NCBI GenBank assembly: GCA_034439715.1
Contig: JAWXAY010000036.1
Location: 1 to 42,285, forward strand
Source: Pseudomonadota bacterium
GTDB taxonomy: Bacteria > Bdellovibrionota > Bdellovibrionia > Bdellovibrionales > SG-bin7
Length of the DNA stretch: 42,285 nucleotides
Direction of reading: 5' to 3'
The position numbers and the translations under genes are program-made. Below the pieces are notes generated by a model, which saw only the letters and a list, made by a program, of their open reading frames with translations, was not told where the DNA came from and ran no database searches. Of the stretch, positions 36,321 to 42,285 are shown piece after piece (within the stretch, counting starts at the first letter, position 1; every line of letters starts with the position of its first letter).

Positions 36321-39300
36321 TTAAAAAACATCTTCGTTTGCTATTTTATTAGGTCCCAAAATTTGCTCAGTACTTTTTCTGCCAAAACGATAAAAAATGA
36401 CAGGTGTTAAAAATATATTTAGTAAAGTAGAAGTAAGTAGCCCGCTCACAATAACTACAGCTACAGGGTGGAGAATTTCTTTTCCCGGTTGATCTTTCGC
36501 AAGCAACAAAGGACTTAAAGCCAAAATCGCAGAAAATGCAGTCATTAACACCGGTACAAGTCTTTCAAGAGTTCCTCTGATAACCATTTGCTTCGAAAAT
36601 GTTTCGCCCTCTTCTTTTATAAGATGAAAATAATGACTTATCATCATAATTCCATTACGCGAGGCAATCCCACACAAAGTGATAAATGCAATCAGTGTCG
36701 CTACCGAAAAAGTTCGCTCAGTTAAAGAGATTGCTAAAATCGAACCAATTAATGCCAACGGAATGCTGACCATAATCTGTAAAGCAATGTTTGTTGACCG
36801 AAAATTAATAAACAAGACTAAAAAAATGCCCACGATCGACAGTGCTCCAAGTATCGAAACCAAACGCATAGCATTTCTCTGATTTTCATACTGTCCGTCA
36901 AACTCGTAAAAATAACCGGGTGGAAGTTTAACTTTCTTTTTAAGAATGGCGCTTGATTCGCTGACAATAGTTTCGAGATCCCGGCCTGCGGTATTAAAGG
37001 ATACAACTATTCTACGCTGCATGTTTTCTCGCTCAATTTGATTGGGGCCACTAGTTTCAAAAACATCGGCCACATCATTGAGAGGCACAACTTGTCCCGT
37101 TGGCAAAACATGAACAGGCAACTGTTTAATAGTCTCAATGTCTGATCTAGAGGACTGATCAAGACGCAAATACACATCAAGTGATCGCTCTTTTTCTATG
37201 AGGCGGGTCACAGCCACTCCTTGAAGCATAGCCTCAAGGGACTCTACGAGATCGCCAGGAACAATACCGTACCTGGTGAGGTCGGGCCTCATTCCATAAA
37301 TCTTGTACTGTGGAAATAAAACCTGACCTTCAACTTTCAGATCCACAATTCCGCTAACGTTGGACAACTCATTTCTTATCTCAGCGCCTTGCTGCCTTAG
37401 AATTCTTAAATCAGAGCCATAAAGTTTTATGGCGACTTGGGATTTGGTTCCGGAAAGTACGTGATCCAGTCGATGACTGATCGGCTGACTCACACTCAAA
37501 AACGCGTCGCTGGGAAGCAGCACCTGTACCTTATCGCGAATCTCATTAAATATCGCCGAACGAGGTCGTTCAGATTCATTAAATGTAATATCAAGTTCTG
37601 ATTGATTGACCCCTGCCGAGTGATCATCTTCTTCAGCGCGACCAGTTCTTCTTCCCACTGATGCGACTTCGGGAATAGTTAGTAGGGCCTTTTCTACTTG
37701 GGTACCGAGTTTATTTGACGCTTCAAGAGAGATGCCAGCCTTCGCTAGCACCTCTAGCATGGCACTTCCCTCGTTAAAAGGCGGCATAAAATTTCGACCC
37801 ATAAATGGAATAACTAATATCGAAATCAAAACAAAAACAACTGTCGGAATTATAACTCTGTTTGGTGCCTCTAGAATTGATTCTAAAATATTTTTAGTCC
37901 ACGCTTTAAGTTTTTTGACAAGAAAGCCGTCACCGTGCTCCTTTTCCCTGGGATGTTTTAGAAAATAAGAGCACAGAACTGGCGTTAATGTTAGCGACAC
38001 TATTAGAGACGCGATAAGGGACACTACATAAGCAATGCCAATTGGCGTGAAAAGCCTACCCTCGAATCCCGGAAGAGCAAAAAGAGGAATAAAAACTAAA
38101 ACAACAATGACGGTCGCAAGCACAATTGAATTTCGTACCTCGCGTGAGGCATTAAAAACTACGCGCAGGGTAGGCTCCGGCTTTTCCAATCCACTATTTT
38201 CTCGCAATCGTCGAAAAACGTTTTCGACGTCGACAATAGCATCATCAACCAATTCTCCGATCGCAATTGCCAGTCCGCCAAGAGTCATCGTATTAACACC
38301 GACACCGAACAAATGAAAAACAATAGCGGTAATAAGTAACGATATTGGGATGGCCGTGAGTGTGATAGCCGTCGTTCTAAAATTTAAAAGAAATATAATC
38401 AAAACAAGCGCCACCATTAACGTTCCGTCTCGAAGCGCTTCGCTAACGTTTCCGATTGCAGCTTCAATAAAGCGTGACTGTTTAAACAGACCGCCTTGAA
38501 TGTCTACTCCCTTTGGCAGTGTGGGCGCCAGTTCGGCTAAGATGTTATCGACATCATTTGTTACCCGCAAAGTGTCTGCCGTTGATTGTTTTTGAACCAT
38601 AAGAATGACGCTGGGTTTTCCTGAAATTGAAGCATCACCGCGTTTGGGCGCGGAGGCAAATTGAACGTCAGCGATTTCTTTTAGAATTACGGGTTTTCCA
38701 AAGTGAAGTCCTACAGCAGTATCTGCAATTTCATCATGGTTAAGAATCCGACCAAAATTTCTTATCAACCATTCCTTATTACCACTCGTAATGTACCCAC
38801 CGCCTGAGGCTTCACTAATTTTACTAAGTCTTTCCTTTAGACTTAATATACTGATTTGGCGTCTGCGAAGTTTATCGGCATTTACTAAGATTTGTGCCTG
38901 CAGCTCATCACCACCTATAACTGTGACTTGTGAAACTCCAGCGATTGTCAGAAGCCTTGGACGAATAGTCCAGTCAGCTAAAGTGCGAAGGTCTGACAGA
39001 CTAACAGTTTCGCTGGTTAAACCAATCATTTGTATCTCACCCATTATTGATGACGTGGGAGATAGAAATGGATTTACTTTTTCAGGAAGTCTTTCACGAG
39101 CAAGCTGCAACCTTTCAGAAACTGCAAGCCTTGCCATTTTTAGATCGGCATTCCAACCGAACTCAACTCTCACGACCGCCAGACCCGTAGTTGAAGAAGA
39201 AAAAATTCTGGTTACTCCAGCTGTTCCGTTAAGAACAGTTTCAATTGGCCTTGCCACCAATAATTCAACTTCTTCAGGCGCCATGCCCTCGGCCAATGCT

Positions 39301-39449
39301 ATAATATTCACAGTCGGCCTATTCAGATCAGGTAAAACATCTATTGGAAGCGCTCGGAGCGCTATCCAGCCATAGACCACCACAAAAGCCGTAATGGCGA
39401 GCACCAAAAAGCGATTATGCAATGAAAATCTAATAACCGAATCAAACAT
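36321..39449 (-). CDS. czcA: Heavy-metal efflux RND permease (CusA/CzcA family)
   Basis: 1042 aa; LPIDVLPDL, NTMTLGGLAIAIGELVDDAIVDVEN, ERLVPVLMTA. Confidence 0.95.
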   Translation of the reverse strand: MFDSVIRFSLHNRFLVLAITAFVVVYGWIALRALPIDVLPDLNRPTVNIIALAEGMAPEEVELLVARPIETVLNGTAGVTRIFSSSTTGLAVVRVEFGWNADLKMARLAVSERLQLARERLPEKVNPFLSPTSSIMGEIQMIGLTSETVSLSDLRTLADWTIRPRLLTIAGVSQVTVIGGDELQAQILVNADKLRRRQISILSLKERLSKISEASGGGYITSGNKEWLIRNFGRILNHDEIADTAVGLHFGKPVILKEIADVQFASAPKRGDASISGKPSVILMVQKQSTADTLRVTNDVDNILAELAPTLPKGVDIQGGLFKQSRFIEAAIGNVSEALRDGTLMVALVLIIFLLNFRTTAITLTAIPISLLITAIVFHLFGVGVNTMTLGGLAIAIGELVDDAIVDVENVFRRLRENSGLEKPEPTLRVVFNASREVRNSIVLATVIVVLVFIPLFALPGFEGRLFTPIGIAYVVSLIASLIVSLTLTPVLCSYFLKHPREKEHGDGFLVKKLKAWTKNILESILEAPNRVIIPTVVFVLISILVIPFMGRNFMPPFNEGSAMLEVLAKAGISLEASNKLGTQVEKALLTIPEVASVGRRTGRAEEDDHSAGVNQSELDITFNESERPRSAIFNEIRDKVQVLLPSDAFLSVSQPISHRLDHVLSGTKSQVAIKLYGSDLRILRQQGAEIRNELSNVSGIVDLKVEGQVLFPQYKIYGMRPDLTRYGIVPGDLVESLEAMLQGVAVTRLIEKERSLDVYLRLDQSSRSDIETIKQLPVHVLPTGQVVPLNDVADVFETSGPNQIERENMQRRIVVSFNTAGRDLETIVSESSAILKKKVKLPPGYFYEFDGQYENQRNAMRLVSILGALSIVGIFLVLFINFRSTNIALQIMVSIPLALIGSILAISLTERTFSVATLIAFITLCGIASRNGIMMISHYFHLIKEEGETFSKQMVIRGTLERLVPVLMTAFSAILALSPLLLAKDQPGKEILHPVAVVIVSGLLTSTLLNIFLTPVIFYRFGRKSTEQILGPNKIANEDVF

Positions 39450-39504
39450 AATATCCCTTAAAATAATTCACATTAAAATTTTTAACTAATAAAAATGAAT
39501 AGAG

Positions 39505-39828
39505 TTATGAGATAGGAGGTCGCGTCAGTGACGAAAGGAATACTAAATTAACTGCCTTGTCATGCCATAACAAAAAACAATTATCATTAGGGCAAGAGAA
39601 ATAAATGTCCTCTGCAAATAAAGAATTGTTATTAGAATGACAGGAACAACAATTTTGATCTTCACAACAATCGGATTGGTCTGACTCATCTGAAGGACCG
39701 GAATGAGGATCAGAATCCAGTGCAAAGTAAGTTTTATCTTCACTGCAGCAGTCGCTTTGGACAAAACTAAATGCACCTAAAAATACAATGGCTATAATCT
39801 GAACTAAAACAAATATTTTAAACTTCAA
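39505..39828 (-). CDS. Cys-rich secreted leader protein ending RPPIS (CzcI/DUF2946-like)
   Basis: TTG 39828 with RBS GAGG, signal-like N-terminus, DCC...DCC...CCSCH, C-terminal LTRPPIS; stop ~55 nt upstream of czcA. Confidence 0.65.
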   Translation of the reverse strand: MKFKIFVLVQIIAIVFLGAFSFVQSDCCSEDKTYFALDSDPHSGPSDESDQSDCCEDQNCCSCHSNNNSLFAEDIYFSCPNDNCFLLWHDKAVNLVFLSSLTRPPIS

Positions 39829-40017
39829 TGCTGCCTCTATACACACCTTGCATTCAAAACGCAGAGTTGTCACATCAATCTTTTTTGTCTGTTTCCTGGG
39901 CAAAAGTGCCAGGCCAGTTTACATCAACGACATAGATCTCACCTATCACAAACATTCAAACTATTAATTATACTAATACCTAAAATCCGCCGTAACTTGT
40001 TGTTGGAGGTAACACGT

Positions 40018-40254
40018 ATGAAAGTAAGCAATCTGTATAATGTATTGGTACTCGGTGGAATGATGGTGGCAGGAAAAGGAGTTTTAGCGCAGGAACTAGC
40101 CGTTCCGTTCACGGCATCTGAGCCGGAGCTGCAGCAACTAATTTGCCAACCAAAGAATCCAGAGACCTGTGTGATGGATGAATCTGGCAAAATGAAACCC
40201 ATAGAAGGTTTTTTCTGTTGCTGGGGCACTTCTTGTGAAGAAAACCCCAGCTAA
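40018..40254 (+). CDS. Secreted Cys-rich peptide (C-x7-C-x15-CCWGTSC)
   Basis: RBS GGAGGT, ATG 40018, signal-like N-terminus ending VLA|Q, five Cys. Confidence 0.7.
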   Translation: MKVSNLYNVLVLGGMMVAGKGVLAQELAVPFTASEPELQQLICQPKNPETCVMDESGKMKPIEGFFCCWGTSCEENPS

Positions 40255-40972
40255 TTCACTGTCATTAGCCCAAGCTCCGGAATCCATTTTTCGCATATGG
40301 AATAGTCGAAAGACGGCGGAGCTTGAGGCTGCCACACTTTTTGCACGACTGGCGACTGAATTGTTCGCCACTAGAGGACCAAATGATCCGGTCGCCCTGC
40401 TGGCAGAGGAGGCCGCAGCCGACGAACATAAACATGCCGAATATTGCCAAGCGATCTTGGAGTTCAGTCCCAAATATTTAAAGCCAATAATTCCGCGTCT
40501 TAATGTGGAATTAGGACCAGTAACGACTAGTCGAACAGAAAAAATTCTTTACGCTTGCGTGGCCATGGGTTGTGTGACCGAAACTCTTAGCACGGCACTT
40601 CTTGTAGCGATGAGAGCTAGAGCTGAAGAAGGGCTGATTAGAGACACCGTACACCAAATTCTTCGCGACGAAGTAAACCACAGTCGGATAGGATGGGCAG
40701 AACTTGCCAGATGTGCTAAGTCCCAAGATATATCTTGGCTTTCGACTCATATTCCAGGAATGATCACCGCCGCCTTAGTTAGTGACGTAGCACCAATGCT
40801 AAGTCAAAACGAGGTCCTCACGGATTTGAGTCGGTGGGGAATCTTAGCCCCGTCGGAGGCCAGAGAAATTTCGGCGAAGGCGATATCCGAGGTCATCCTT
40901 CCAGGCCTAAGTCTTAATGGAATTTTTGTTTCTCAAGAAGTGCCTGTGATTGGGCTTGGAAGAATCTGTTAG
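40235..40972 (+). CDS. Ferritin-like diiron domain protein
   Basis: Ligand pattern E (AELEA), DEHKH, E (VTETL), DEVNH. Confidence 0.85.
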   Translation: MKKTPANSLSLAQAPESIFRIWNSRKTAELEAATLFARLATELFATRGPNDPVALLAEEAAADEHKHAEYCQAILEFSPKYLKPIIPRLNVELGPVTTSRTEKILYACVAMGCVTETLSTALLVAMRARAEEGLIRDTVHQILRDEVNHSRIGWAELARCAKSQDISWLSTHIPGMITAALVSDVAPMLSQNEVLTDLSRWGILAPSEAREISAKAISEVILPGLSLNGIFVSQEVPVIGLGRIC

Positions 40973-41031
40973 CATGGTATTATTAACACCTTGCAGACTT
41001 ACTCTTTCAATTTCAATTTCGAGGCTGTTGT

Positions 41032-42117
41032 ATGATTTCTTTTTCCCTATTCCTTTTAAATATTTTATTGTTAATGACTCTATCGACAACTTCATTGGCC
41101 GCCGTAAAATTTACGTTCGAAAAGCTAACTCAACAAAACGATGTCATATGGGGATTTGACTTTCTAAATGACGGCCGCATTATTTTTACGGAACGAAAAG
41201 GAACGCTGAAAATATATGATCCCAGAAATAAATCGGTAACAGAAATTAAAGGTGCTCCGCAGGTCTGGAATAAGGGCCAAGGCGGGCTTTTGGACATTCG
41301 CGTTCAACCGAAGTCCCAAAACATTTTCTTTACTTACTCCGAACCTGTTGGTCGGGGGGCGACGACAGCTCTGGCGTCGGCAGTATTATCCGAAAACGAG
41401 TTGAAATCCTTCAAAAAATTATTCTCAGCCCACGAACCGAGTAGCAACAATATTCATTTTGGCTCGCGAATTGAGTTCGATGGAAAAGGCCATGTGTTTA
41501 TTACTGTGGGCGACCGCGACGAAAGGTCACATGTGCAAGACTTAGCCTTTCATACCGGAAAAATTATTCGTCTTAACGAAGATGGTTCAATTCCTAAAGA
41601 CAACCCTTTCGTAAACAATAAAACGGCTAAGCCTGAGATCTGGAGCCTAGGGCATCGCAATGCCCAAGGACTTGTGCTTGACTCCGTTACCGGGAATTTA
41701 TGGGAAGCCGAGATGGGTCCGCGCGGTGGTGATGAAATTAATTTAATTAAACCCGGCGCCAATTACGGCTGGCCGATTGTCACTTACGGTCGTGAGTACA
41801 GCGGACTACGCATCGGCAACGTTAGCAAAGAAGGTATGGAGCCACCAATTAGCTATTGGGTTCCCTCTATTTCTCCCTCGGCTATGACTATTTATAATGG
41901 CGAAGCTTTTCCTGAGTGGAAGGGAAATATCTTTTTAGGAAATTTAAGTGGTACACACTTACGACGAATTATATTAAATGGAAATAAAGTAACTCATCAA
42001 GAAGAACTACTCAAAGATGAGGGTTACCGTATCCGCAATGTGCGTCCTGGTCCCGATGGGTTTTTGTACCTATCGACAGATAATGGGCTTATCGCGCGAT
42101 TAGTACCAGCCAACTAA
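41032..42117 (+). CDS. PQQ-dependent soluble sugar dehydrogenase (YliI/GSDH family)
   Basis: WGFDF..DG...TER, GQGGLLD, HFGSRI.F, GHRNAQG, GPRGGDEIN, NYGWP, RIRNV..GPDG. Confidence 0.93.
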   Translation: MISFSLFLLNILLLMTLSTTSLAAVKFTFEKLTQQNDVIWGFDFLNDGRIIFTERKGTLKIYDPRNKSVTEIKGAPQVWNKGQGGLLDIRVQPKSQNIFFTYSEPVGRGATTALASAVLSENELKSFKKLFSAHEPSSNNIHFGSRIEFDGKGHVFITVGDRDERSHVQDLAFHTGKIIRLNEDGSIPKDNPFVNNKTAKPEIWSLGHRNAQGLVLDSVTGNLWEAEMGPRGGDEINLIKPGANYGWPIVTYGREYSGLRIGNVSKEGMEPPISYWVPSISPSAMTIYNGEAFPEWKGNIFLGNLSGTHLRRIILNGNKVTHQEELLKDEGYRIRNVRPGPDGFLYLSTDNGLIARLVPAN

Positions 42118-42285
42118 AATGAAAAATTTTGAGACATCATCGGGTCCAGAAAAATAGCTGGTAATTTCTTTTTTGTATTTTCCCAATGCATATATGCATC
42201 TCCCTGCTGATTAAGGTTATGTAATCCTTGATTTCTTCCTCGTGTTATAAATAGCAGGATGCCTGCCGCTCGCACGTAGGCATCG

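Noticed and set aside
36679..39375. Plus-strand ORFs inside czcA (e.g. 38791-39375)
   Set aside because: Antisense shadows of a conserved RND gene.
1..42285. CRISPR array, rRNA or tRNA genes
   Set aside because: No regularly spaced repeats or recognisable tRNA arms seen. GGGCCCGCCA at 706-715 resembles a tRNA 3' end but lacks a T-loop.

Overview
Bacterial DNA, probably from a Bdellovibrionota-type predator. That is inferred from two TIGR02147/DUF4423-like regulators, many secreted orphan proteins with Gly-rich motifs after the signal peptide, and frequent sigma-54 promoters. The left half (~715-19930) looks like a compact integrative conjugative element (ICE). It carries a minimal VirB2-3-4-5-6-8-9-10/VirD4 type IV secretion operon, a Replic_Relax-like relaxase candidate, a structured oriT-like region, a ribbon-helix-helix-like (RHH) gene, an excisionase and a tyrosine integrase. 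Divergent from the transfer operon is the most interesting locus: a five-gene operon encoding a stand-alone YcaO enzyme, a secreted 96-aa precursor ending in NVGNPSCGSAE, an orphan family-5 solute-binding protein (SBP), a histidine kinase and a sigma-54 NtrC-type activator. It is preceded by a consensus sigma-54 promoter and repeated TTCA-N7-TGAA sites. I infer a RiPP-pheromone autoinduction (quorum-sensing) circuit controlling conjugation. The right half is accessory or host DNA: a HigBA-like toxin-antitoxin pair, sigma-54-driven secreted proteins, two regulator/modular secreted protein pairs, an Ig/FN3 lipoprotein and a clan GH-A glycosidase. It also holds a CzcA-TolC efflux locus with no membrane-fusion protein and an RPP-ending leader peptide, a Cys-rich secreted peptide coupled to a ferritin-like diiron protein, and a PQQ sugar dehydrogenase. 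All family calls are by-eye motif recognition; no database searches were run.
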